This document shows, one piece after another, positions 12,851-24,550 of a DNA stretch of 56,949 nt. The notes beneath the pieces are model-generated. The model did not search any database, was not told the origin of the DNA, and saw only the letters and a program-made list of their open reading frames with translations. A program made the position numbers and the translations under genes. Source of the DNA: Octopus bimaculoides (lineage: Eukaryota). The DNA is taken from the NCBI RefSeq assembly GCF_001194135.2, contig NC_068986.1, positions 66,819,031-66,875,979 on the forward strand, read 5' to 3'. The first letter of the stretch is position 1; every line of letters begins with the position of its first letter.

Positions 12851-12940
12851 TTACATCGAAAAGTACCTTAGGAATGAGAACCTAGGTTCGAAATTTCGCC
12901 AAGACACCTGATGAAGGCTGGAAGGTATATCAGACAAAAC
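12755..12940 (+). mobile_element. Family H copy, truncated at both ends, B box deleted
   Basis: CCCCAAGATTC-TAGGCTGTGACCTG-(AAT)n-TTACATCGAAAAGTACCTTAGGAATGAGAACC...GACACCTGATGAAGGCTG; compare 31105-31160 and the reverse complement of 30950-31035. Confidence 0.85.
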
Positions 12941-14519
12941 AGATTACTATATACTAACAGTACAGTACATTACTAAATACTGGCGGTGGAGTACAACAAA
13001 CACTGATGGTAATTTAGCTGACACTAACTTCAAAATACTGTCATAAATATGGTAGAGTACGCACTAACATTAGTGCGCAATAGTAAATGTTGAGGACAAT
13101 ACTAAATACTAACTATAAAGTACCTCACTAAGTACTAACATTGGAGTATATAACTAAATATTGAATGTGGAGTACAGTAAAGTACATAACTTGGCATTAT
13201 CAGCCAGTTACAATAAGAAACAGTACAGTAGTTATTTACATTCATTTATATTCTGAATTCAAACTATGCTGAAATTGACTTTACCTTTCATTGATCCATA
13301 AGTTTCAAAAATATACTACAATAGATTCATTTGGTTGTAACCTTCCTCAGTGGACTTGTGATTAATTAAGAATATTTAATATAATTCCAAAGCATAATAA
13401 GAACTGGCTTTTAGACATATTCTTCTTGCCAGCACAGGTAATTTAGTCACTTTACAACCTATGCTTTTAATTAGGAAATCTGTACACATATAGTTACTCA
13501 TGTATGTTTGCACATACATACATACATAATTGTATATATATANNNNNNNNNNNNNNNNNNNNNNNNNNNNNNNNNNNNNNNNNNNNNNNNNNNNNNNNNN
13601 NNNNNNNNNNNNNNNNNNCCCTGACACCAGCCAAGAGAATATATGTATGTATGTATGTATGTATATATGTATGTATGTATGTATATACGCTTGTGTTTGT
13701 TGTATTTTTACATAACACTCATACCAGTATGTATAGACACACATGTTGTACGTACACCAGTGATTTACGCGTGTGTCAGTTAACTTGAGGGTATACACGT
13801 GTGTTTCCTTCGTATTCTGAAAATTCATCTCAATGAATCATTTTATACATGTAATCAAAAGAAATGTATCAAATTTAGTAGCTGCTCCCAAGAAAGGAGA
13901 GAGATTCCTTCTCATAAGGCGTAGCCCCAAGCAATATCATTTCTAGGCTTTCATAACTTCAATATCCCACCCCATCAATTTCTTAAAAATCAAACAATAT
14001 TTATTCTGAAATTCACTTCCATGATGATTCGATTCTTTGGCTATTAATAATTCAGTTTCTATTTTAAAGTTAGTTTCGAAGAGGCTATAAGCCTTCTTAG
14101 AAGAACAGTTAGTTGTTTTCTCGTTATTCATCGAGAGATCTGATAATTAAATCTATTGATCTCTTTATCCATTATTCGAATGTCTTCAGGTAATGCATCA
14201 TCTATTATGCAACAGTATTGATTCTCATCGTCATCAATATCTACATATATTCCTATAGAAGTAATCAACGAGCTCGAATTTAATATTCAGAGAAGAATTC
14301 CGTATCTCATTAATTCGAGTTTTCAATTGGAATTTATACAGTTTATTATCTTTTATGAAATGATTGCTATTGTAATGTGAAATGCAATAAGGTATCAGGT
14401 GAAAGTTAAAAAAAAAACAAAGTCTTTAGTATTTCCGGACTTTTGAACTGATTGAACTAAACATTGAACTGGCAAATGGAAACCTTTATATTAATCCCAC
14501 ATCATTGTTAACTTATTCG

Positions 14520-14590
14520 TCTAGAAGGTACGGAAGCAAAATGGATGAATTGTAATCTAGAAGGTACGGAAGCAAAATGGATGATTGTAA
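14520..14590. repeat. Near-perfect 35-36 bp tandem duplication
   Basis: TCTAGAAGGTACGGAAGCAAAATGGATGA(A)TTGTAA occurs twice. Confidence 0.95.
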
Positions 14591-14912
14591 TCAGATGTTC
14601 AGTTGTTTATCTATAACCTTTCGACATAACTTCAACATTTCCCCGCAGTGATGGAAGGAAAGCGTAGATAAAACAGGCCAAAGCTAGAGAAAATCATTAA
14701 GAAATCGAAATTTGATGACTGCTGTTACATTTCAGGTTAAGATCGCTGTCATTAATGATGGTCTACAGACAAAGACATTACACATAAAAACGGAATTCCA
14801 TTGAATACTCTAGTCAACACGCTATCAGTTTCAGATACAATACTGCTGCGTATACTGACAAAACCTATGAAAAGGGTTTTAGGATTTCCGAAACGTATAC
14901 AGATTCGCTCAT

Positions 14913-14943
<31 letters not shown>

Positions 14944-15095
14944 CGTACGCTTGCATGTACACACACACAGAGAACCAACTACATACATATATATTCACAG
15001 CATAGAGCCTGAAAAAGCGTATCACGTGAAACTTCGGGTAGATGAGGCGTAAGTCATCAAATTAAATAAAATTTACAACATAAAATATACTAAAA

Positions 15096-15450
15096 TAGGC
15101 GTGCTGTTTGGTAAGAAGCTTGTAACCAAACCACATGGTTGGGGTTCAGTCCCTCTGCGTGACACCTTGGGCAAGTGTTTTCTACTAAAGCCTCCGGCTA
15201 TGGTAGAATATATGTATGCGTGTGTCGTTGTGTCTGTTTTTGTAACCCCCACACTGATTGACAATCGGTGCTGTCGTATTTACGTCGTATTTACGTCTCC
15301 GTAACTTACAGGTTCGGCAAAAAGAGACCGCTATAATAAATACTAGAGATAAAAAAATGTCCTGCGGTTGATTTGGTTGACTAAAACCATACAAGGCAAT
15401 TGTCCCAGAATGGCCGCAGTCAAATAAGTGAAACATAAAATATAAGAGAT
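15096..15450 (+). mobile_element. tRNA-derived SINE family C (internally deleted)
   Basis: TGGTAAGAAGCTTG...GGTTCAGTCCC...CACCTTGGGCAAGTG...GGTTCGGCAAAA...TGGCCGCAGTC, homologous to 46994-47385. Confidence 0.9.
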
Positions 15451-15498
15451 ACACGTATCGAATACTCTTTTCCACGTTTGAAAATCTTAACGTAAACA

Positions 15499-15591
<93 letters not shown>

Positions 15592-15898
15592 GCCTGTGTG
15601 CCTGTCTGTCTGCGTTATCTGTATGTATGTATGTGTGTATGTATTGGTCAGCATATATATATATTATGTACACACACACACACATGTATATTATGTACAC
15701 ACACACACGTACACACTCGCTACTATCGAACGCTTTGAATGTGTGCTCAACCGTATCCTTTATTTGTAGCTTAACAGTTCGTTTGTACTTGCCTCCAGGA
15801 GACGAATACCAACACTTCCACGTGACATGCTCGAACAATTGTGTAGATCTCTTCATATGAAACCATGGTTGCCTTGTTAATCGACAAATAAAAAGAGT

Positions 15899-15971
<73 letters not shown>

Positions 15972-16169
15972 AAATACACTCAAACTAACACTATATATAG
16001 TCAGTGGTGTAGTGTGTCCTCGAGTTTTTTCTCTTATGACTGCTACTGTCGCGTTACTCTTTACTTACCAAGATGATCCAGTACAGCCAGCAAACACTAT
16101 CATCGAATCCTCAAGTTGTGGGAAATAGCCCTGCTCAATCAAGTAGTTTGAATGACATAGGAGAGTCTT

Positions 16170-17000
16170 TGATTGAAATGCCGGATATATCAAATGACGA
16201 AATTTGTAATATGTTGGAAGGTGTGAAAATCGGAATGGCACGAAGTACAGTCGAAGTGCTCTTTGTGTATTCAAACAGAAGGAGGGGATCCAATTTGTCG
16301 ATAACAGCCTCTTGAGAAGAATATATAAATTATTCAAATGAATTCTATAATAGCTGGAGTAATGACATCATCATACTTTAAGATAAGTAATATGACATTA
16401 CATAGTGCAAATTCTATAATCCCATTAGCATCCTGAAAGCATTCGTTCGATACCGCTGAAAACACAGCTCTCTTTGGAGCTCTTATTGAACAGAGAATAC
16501 ATAAAAATTATATAGAGATTAAGAGATCCTTTAGCAAATCTATGGCTTGAGAGCATAAGCGATAAGGCTTCACTCGTAAAGTAAAAAAAAAAAAATCAGT
16601 ATTGAAAGTGGAGTAAGACAAGGCGAAATCTGAAACGCTTAGTTAACGACATAGTTTTCTACTCTAGTAATACCACTGAAATGAAACATGATTAATGTAG
16701 TGAACAGTGAAAGTAACGAGGCGAGACACTAAAAGTATGCCCAAGTAAAGTCAACCATTATTCAATAACAACAAATAACTAGGTTCATCTTCGACAGCAG
16801 GTAAAAATTGGAATACAGCCATTTGGAAGAAGAGAAAAGATGAACCTAAGTTGGTTAGTGCGCTTTTGGTAAGTGAAATGACATCATGAAAAGTATCATG
16901 TTATTCAGCATGAAGTATAGTGTGTTTGACTAGTGTATCGTACTAGTCATTGTAACTCATAATGCAGTACACGATATAAAATTAGATGGAAAAATACTAG
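16170..17000 (+). mobile_element. RTE-clade LINE reverse-transcriptase relic
   Basis: Colinear degraded RT motifs across frames: PDISNDEICNMLEGVKIGMA; SLLRRIYKLFK*IL; CKFYNPI; SFDTAENTALFGALIEQRIHKNYIEI; KISIESGVRQGEI; VNDIVFYS; VKIGIQPFG. Confidence 0.8.
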
Positions 17001-17275
17001 TTTACGACACTACATTTCCCCAAAATGTGATAATATAGCTATGTAAGATTTATGTGCGCTTCTGCACAGCACATCAACTTTAAGTTGCAAGGTTCATATT
17101 GAAGTAGCATTATGCAAGATTCTTCTTAATATGAAACTTGAAACAGAAACATACGTCGTGATCTACTATTAAGGTTTGTTGACTTCCTCCTGTTATATTA
17201 TTATCATTATTATTATATTAATCCTAAGTGGAAAAGAGTTCCATATGTATAACCATACATAAAGATACCTAACTA

Positions 17276-17319
<44 letters not shown>

Positions 17320-18239
17320 NNNNNNNNNNNNNNNNNNNNNNNNNNNNNNNNNNNNNNNNNNNNNNNNNNNNNNGTGTGTGTGTGTGTGTGTGTGTGTGTG
17401 TGCATGTGTGTGTGTGTGTGTGTGTGGTGTGTGTGAAATGAAATTGTCAGCACTAACTTTAGACAAGTTATCTTTATACTTCTCTTAATAAGAGCTTAGA
17501 TTCCCTTCGGAGTGCGTTCGCATTTTATGTCTTAGTTTAGTGTTTATAATGTCTTGTTTAATTTACATTAAAATTCAAATCGCTAAGTTGCGTATGCATA
17601 TGTGCAAGCACGCACAAGCATGCGCACGCATACCCACCCATGTATGTAGTTATACATAGAGAGGCATATATTTATACATATTTTTACATGCACTCACATA
17701 AAACCGATCTGAATGTTTATTTCAATAGACTATATGATTAACACCGATATATACCACTCGAAGGCAAACAAACAAATATTTACTTAATGAAATTTGTTTA
17801 ACAAATTAATATAGATTTTATTATAGATGTGTGTACGTATGTGAGACTGAATCTACATGTATGAGTATTTTTGTGAACATATTTTCAGATATATTACTGG
17901 TGATAATTCGAAATCATCCGGTCCAAAGGAAAAAACCGAAATCATAAAATTATAAATTGAATCAAATAATTAATTCGTTGTTTTAAAATTTTGTAGAGAC
18001 ACAGCTTTCGTTACTTAATCGTTTACGAAACATGCTGTTTACATTGCTAAGCATTCAGTGGAGTATCGTTAACTCAAGAAACTGCTTGATAAAGTAGGTG
18101 GCTTCAGTTGGATACCCAACAAAATGAAAAATAAACCCCTGTCAAAGAGACAATGAACTCATTAGAGTCATTGACTATCCAACAGCTGGGAGTGAGAGAG
18201 AGAGAGAGAGAAAGAGAGAGGAAAAGGGAGAGAAAGACA

Positions 18240-18600
18240 CCCACAGTCTTTGTTGGAAAACTCTGATCTAACACTTGCAATTTTTTTCTGCATCCAATGA
18301 TATAGGCAAGTTCTTTTTTGGTCAAATGCATGTTCTTCAGAGAGTGAGATTACCCTGGGTAATGCATTTCTTTCTCTTAATAAGCTTCAGGCACAGGCGC
18401 TGCATATTATGGTTTGCCGTAGCCGGGAAAGACTACACATTCCATGAAAAATTCTATGATGGAATGAAGGCATGTGTCAGCGTTGGTGGTAAGCTCTTTC
18501 TGAACACCTGATGCAAGAGGCGTCCACCTTTGACATCTCTGAGCAAAATGGTATAGGTCTCTTGCAAGTCTGGGCAGCCACATCCGTGCTGATCTCATTT
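18240..18600 (-). mobile_element. Possible L1/Tx1-type ORF2 C-terminal (zinc-knuckle) relic
   Basis: VDASCIRCSE followed in another frame by SIIEFFMEC resembles CxxC..ETxxHxFxEC. Very degraded. Confidence 0.3.
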
Positions 18601-19772
18601 AAAAGAACACTGAAAAGATGGCATTTGATCGAAATACACCAACGTTTCATACAGTTATGTCCCTTGGGCTACTCTATCACATTAGCAATCAGTGTTCTAA
18701 GAACAATAGGTGTAGATGACGTTTGCAAGGAAGGATATTTTTATAAGATCAGCGATAATCTTCTTAATAACAATAAATGGAATATTCCAAACTAATTTTG
18801 GCGAACATACATTAAGCCTAGAAAATGTAAATGATATGTATGTATGTATGTATGTATGTACGTGTGTGCGTGTGAATGTGTACGTGTGTCCGTCGGTTTA
18901 CACACACACATACACATATATATATACACACACAGAGTGAGAGACAGATAGACAGATATATATATATATGGACACGCACACACACACACACANNNNNNNN
19001 NNNNNNNNNNNNNNNNNNNNNNNNNNNNNNNNNNNNNNNNNNNNNNNNNNNNNNNNNNNNNNNNNNNNNNNNNNNNNNNNNNNNNNNNNNNNNNNNNNNN
19101 NNNNNNNNNNNNNNNNNNNNNNNNNNNNNNNNNNNNNNNNNNNNNNNNNNNNNNNNNNNNNNNNNNNNNNNNNNNNNNNNNNNNNNNNNNNNNNNNNNNN
19201 NNNNNNNNNNNNNNNNNNNNNNNNNNNNNNNNNNNNNNNNNNNNNNNNNNNNNNNNNNNNNNNNNNNNNNNNNNNNNNNNNNNNNNNNNNNNNNNNNNNN
19301 NNNNNNNNNNNNNNNNNNNNNNNNNNNNNNNNNNNNNNNNNNNNNNNNNNNNNNNNNNNNNNNNNNNNNNNNNNNNNNNNNNNNNNNNNNNNNNNNNNNN
19401 NNNNNNNNNNNNNNNNNNNNNNNNNNNNNNNNNNNNNNNNNNNNNNNNNNNNNNNNNNNNNNNNNNNNNNNNNNNNNNNNNNNNNNNNNNNNNNNNNNNN
19501 NNNNNNNNNNNNNNNNNNNNNNNNNNNNNNNNNNNNNNNNNNNNNNNNNNNNNNNNNNNNNNNNNNNNNNNNNNNNNNNNNNNNNNNNNNNNNNNNNNNN
19601 NNNNNNNNNNNNNNNNNNNNNNNNNNNNNNNNNNNNNNNNNNNNNNNNNNNNNNNNNNNNNNNNNNNNNNNNNNNNNNNNNNNNNNNNNNNNNNNNNTTG
19701 ACTACTTCTTCTAGCGTGTAAAACTGCTTATTGAAGGCAGTTTCTCTTGTGTTTAAATGCACACTGTTTTAT

Positions 19773-19820
<48 letters not shown>

Positions 19821-21430
19821 TGTGTTTGTGTATGTGTGTTTGTGTGTGCGTGTGCGTGTAGTCAAAATTTTAGATATTTATCATAAAAACATATTCACAA
19901 ACATATATGTCTGTGTAAGTGGTGTGTGTATGTATATGTGTGTAAGTAGATGTGGGTGTATGTCTGAATCGAATATATTTTCAGTGATCGTAGAAAATCA
20001 TGGAGACACTATAGATGCAATACCAATCTTAACTACTCGGAGAAATGCATTGGCTAGAAGAAAATAATCTATTTTCGGGCGTCAAGCTTGTAAAAGCGAA
20101 AGATTGTAACTGCTTAAGAAAATGTGTATTAAGGCTTAGATTGACAATTCTTGTCAGTCTTGGCCTTAATGGTATTTCCTGTTTGTAGAGAGAATTAGTA
20201 TTGAAAGCAAAGCACAAAAGCAGTTTTGAAGGAAGAGTAAAATCTCTGATGTGGTATGGGGTTCGTTCTGCACGACTAGATTAGCAACATTTTGTGATAA
20301 ATAATTTGCTTGTTTGCCAGTCTGTATAGAGAAGCCAAGTTTCTGTTATTTCACTTCATGTCTTTGTTAGTATTTGTTGATCTGAGTATCGCAACAAATA
20401 CGCACTGAATATGTATAACTAGATTTTTGTTAAATTTAACTGGCATATATTTTTCTATGTAAAACTTTTTGTGTGAAGTTATAATTACATCTGTTTTTAT
20501 TGTAATGTAAATATATATAGAAAATTGAACGTGTGAAGTTTCTTACACTATTGATAATTTCAATTTTGTTGCAAAATATAAGCAGATACACACANNNNNN
20601 NNNNNNNNNNNNNNNNNNNNNNNNNNNNNNNNNNNNNNNNNNNNNNNNNNNNNNNNNNNNNNNNNNNNNNNNNNNNNNNNNNNNNNNNNNNNNNNNNNNN
20701 NNNNNNNNNNNNNNNNNNNNNNNNNNNNNNNNNNNNNNNNNNNNNNNNNNNNNNNNNNNNNNNNNNNNNNNNNNNNNNNNNNNNNNNNNNNNNNNNNNNN
20801 NNNNNNNNNNNNNNNNNNNNNNNNNNNNNNNNNNNNNNNNNNNNNNNNNNNNNNNNNNNNNNNNNNNNNNNNNNNNNNNNNNNNNNNNNNNNNNNNNNNN
20901 NNNNNNNNNNNNNNNNNNNNNNNNNNNNNNNNNNNNNNNNNNNNNNNNNNNNNNNNNNNNNNNNNNNNNNNNNNNNNNNNNNNNNNNNNNNNNNNNNNNN
21001 NNNNNNNNNNNNNNNNNNNNNNNNNNNNNNNNNNNNNNNNNNNNNNNNNNNNNNNNNNNNNNNNNNNNNNNNNNNNNNNNNNNNNNNNNNNNNNNNNNNN
21101 NNNNNNNNNNNNNNNNNNNNNNNNNNNNNNNNNNNNNNNNNNNNNNNNNNNNNNNNNNNNNNNNNNNNNNNNNNNNNNNNNNNNNNNNNNNNNNNNNNNN
21201 NNNNNNNNNNNNNNNNNNNNNNNNNNNNNNNNNNNNNNNNNNNNNNNNNNNNNNNNNNNNNNNNNNNNNNNNNNNNNNNNNNNNNNNNNNNNNNNNNNNN
21301 NNNNNNNNNNNNNNNNNNNNNNNNNNNNNNNNNNNNNNNNNNNNNNNNNNNNNNNNNNNNNNNNNNNNNNNNNNNNNNNNNNNNNNNNNNNNNNNNNNNN
21401 NNNNNNNNNNNNNNNNNNNNNNNNNNNNNA

Positions 21431-21619
21431 TATATATATATATATATATATATATATACTTATGTATACATACCCATACACACACATACACACACATACA
21501 CAAACCTTCACATATACATATGCACACACACGCACACCTATACATACATTCCTGTATATATACATACATGCACACACACATACGCACACACACATACATA
21601 TGTACACACATATACATGT

Positions 21620-21666
<47 letters not shown>

Positions 21667-21778
21667 TACATACACCCCCACCCCCACACATACTTACATA
21701 CACACGTATGCATATATATACACATATACATACACATGTGTTTTGTTTGAGATTATAAAAAACAAAGAAAATATTAAG

Positions 21779-21781
<3 letters not shown>
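21431..21781 (-). repeat. Inverted copy of the 3' region (23659-~23980) of PLE relic A
   Basis: 21461-21781 is the reverse complement of 23659-~23955, including the unique parts AATCTTAATATTTTCTTTGTTTTTTATAATCTCAAACAAAACACATGTG and GTGAAGGTTTGTG. Confidence 0.92.
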
Positions 21782-21846
<65 letters not shown>

Positions 21847-22092
21847 ATAATAATAATAATAAATGGAGAAAAACGCATGTCAATAAGTATACAAAAAGTT
21901 AAAAATAGATTAGCCAGATTCTTCAAAAGAATGGGCTTTGGCATTGGTTTTGGAGGATGAGGTCTCTGTAGCAAACTTTCTGGACGTTACCTTAGATTTA
22001 CATAGTAATACTCATTTCCCATTCCATAAACCTTCAACTAATCTCAAGTACATAAGCCCCTTTATAACCATCCAAGACATATAACCAGTAAT

Positions 22093-23172
22093 TTGGTTAG
22101 GAATATCTCAATTAGGCTTTCCAAACTTTCTTCTAACTCCCAAATTTTCAATAAGGAGGCTGACTTCTATAATTCAACCTTATTAAGGGCTGGCTATAAG
22201 GAAAAGGTAGGGTACATGAACTCTTCTAGTGATCTTTCTCCTTCTACACAACATGATATCCCCATTACTAGCGTAGATGAACCCATTTCTATTCTTTCCA
22301 TTCTTCTCACTGAGAAAGTGGGTCATCCTCTTAACTCACATAAGAGAAGTGCCCCAACTGGCCCTAAATATTTTAACAAATTCAAAAATCCTTGCTTATT
22401 TAACCACTCTAATATTGCATCTAGATCTGTTGATAATAATAAGAATATCTGGCTCATCCTCCCGTTTGGGAAGCAGTTTAAATCAGATTTGGTCCGGCAG
22501 TTCCGAGACGTGGTGAGTAGGAACTTCCCTAAAGGTTTCCACTATTACCCAATTATCAACTCGCATAAGGTTAAATTTGGGTTTTCGAACACCAAAAATT
22601 TGTTACAGATTATATCTTCCCATAATCTCAGGTTTTTGGATTCATCTCTAGATGGCCATCCTAGTCATAATCGTAATATTAGTAATTTTTACACCTGTAG
22701 CAATAATAATTACTCCAACAATTTAACGCACACAAATGATGGCATTAGTCAGTCAGATATTAGTATAGGTAGTATGTCCAATATTGGGAATCACAAAAAT
22801 ATCTGTAACATTAGTAAGATTAGCAATAAGATTAGCATCTCGGAATTAAATCCTAATAGAATCAGGTTTTTGAGTGAGAATTCAAGGACCAAAAATGTAG
22901 TGTATCAATGCAAGGTAACATCTAACACTGATGTCTCATATTATGTAGGTAGTTCATCGACACAGGTATCCAAGAGAATCTCGAATCATTATTCGTCGTT
23001 TAGAGATAGAAATAAAGCTAGCACTACTGGCCTAAGTAAATTTATTTGGGAACTGAAGGATTGCAATAAGCAATTCTCTTTGGAATGGTCCATACTGGCC
23101 ACTTCAGTTCCCTATGACAAGGGGAGGGAATTCTGCCCTCTTTTTATATCCTGTTCTCCAAGAATCGCCTAG
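22093..23172 (+). pseudogene. PLE RT-thumb/GIY-YIG open reading frame remnant (359 aa)
   Basis: Longest real open frame in the window. The RT catalytic core is missing, it is frameshifted on both sides, and the usual Cys-rich linker is eroded. Confidence 0.85.
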
Positions 23173-23953
23173 TTAACCAAATAACTCAGAGGGCGTACCG
23201 CTGTCAGCACTTCAAGAAACATACCTTCTTTTATTACCGTTAGCTCTATCATTCCTACTAGGTTAGGTTTCAAGCATTATTATTATTATAGTTATTATTA
23301 TTATAATTTTTTTAACCCCCTCCCCGCCTTTTTTCTTCATTTGTTTTATTTACTAAATATCCTCTGAATGATATCTACTTCTGCATCCACCACAACTTGC
23401 CTTTTCTCCTTCTATAGTTGATTAATATTTTCCTTCCCAGTAATTACTGCTTGGGCTAATTTGTATCACTAGCTGCTTTGCCTTATATCTGACCTTCTCC
23501 TTATTAGCATATTGTTATTATTATTATTATTTCTCAACAAAACACCCTGTACTTCGTTTTTACATTGATCAGCGCTAACATAAGTATATTAATGTATAAC
23601 AGGGTAATGTTATACATTTATCATGTTTATATTCTTCGCTTCAAATCAGTATGTTATTAATCTTAATATTTTCTTTGTTTTTTATAATCTCAAACAAAAC
23701 ACATGTGCATGTATATGTGTATATATATGCATACGTGTGTATGTAAGTATTGTGGGGGTGGGGGTGTATGTATATATGTATATATGTATATATATATATA
23801 TATATTATATATGTATACATGTATATGTGTATGTATGTGTGTGTGTATGTGTGTGTGCATGTATGTATAGGTGTGCGTGTGTGTGCATATGTATATGTGA
23901 AGGTTTGTGTATGTGTGCGTGTGTATGTGTGTGTATGGGTATGTATACATAAG

Positions 23954-23985
<32 letters not shown>

Positions 23986-24458
23986 AGTACATGCGCGTGC
24001 ACGCACGTTTGTACACACGTATATACGCGCACGCACACACATATGCAAACCTTCACTAGACTACGATGTTTCATTTATTTTCATTTTTATTCACTTTCTT
24101 CGATACATATAAATGTTATTAGGTTCCCTCATATGATGTACTACCTTAGTTCCCTCCCTTCCCCCTTTTTTTGATTCAGCAATTAGCTCTTTCTAATTTA
24201 ACAGGACTACAACATATTTATCTCCCCCTATTTAAATAACTCTCTAAGTTTAACCTTTAGCATCACGTCAAAAACCCCATCCCTTTATATCTCTATGTAA
24301 ACAAGCGTTCTTATTCCTAAAACCCATAGAATAATATCGTTGACCCCTTTATATCTCTATGTAAACAAACCTTCTAACGGTCACTGACCATGTAACATCT
24401 CTGCTCGTAAGTTACTTCATCATTTCGTTTTTGTCTTGCTATTACATGTTTTATTATG

Positions 24459-24550
24459 AACTCCCTGAAGAGAAATATATGAGGAACCACAACAGCTCTT
24501 TCTTCTTTGTGAAAGTGGTCTCATTTATTTTGAAACATGTGAAGGAATTA
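24459..24550 (+). ncRNA. Minimal type-I hammerhead-ribozyme-like motif (PLE-associated)
   Basis: CTGAAGA 24465-24471; stem II AAATA-T-ATGAG-GA-ACCAC / GTGGT-CTCAT-T-TATTT; GAAAC 24532-24536; palindrome ACATGT 24535-24540. Confidence 0.6.

Larger units (their letters stand above)
11750..13230 (+). repeat. Degenerate ~27 bp minisatellite split by an ~870 bp composite insertion (repeat parts 11750-12068 and 12945-13230)
   Basis: Units such as GAATACAGTACTAAACATT, GAATACAATACTGAATATT, GAGTACAATTCTAAATAGTAACGGTAG and AGTACATTACTAAATACTGGCGGTGGAGTAC. Confidence 0.6.

Noticed and set aside
9800-13230. Regularly spaced short repeats as a CRISPR array
   Set aside because: The context is eukaryotic, the repeats are degenerate without unique spacers, and there are no cas genes.
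13943-14400. AT-rich minus-strand stretch with protein-like frames and a CTGAAGA
   Set aside because: It is interrupted by stops, has no family motif, and has no GAAA or stem III for a hammerhead.
16073-16315. 80 aa ORF after a CAAG acceptor-like site; first considered an exon or a Crypton N-terminus
   Set aside because: Its 3' part is colinear with downstream RTE RT motifs (GVRQG, DIVF), so it is better explained as a LINE relic.
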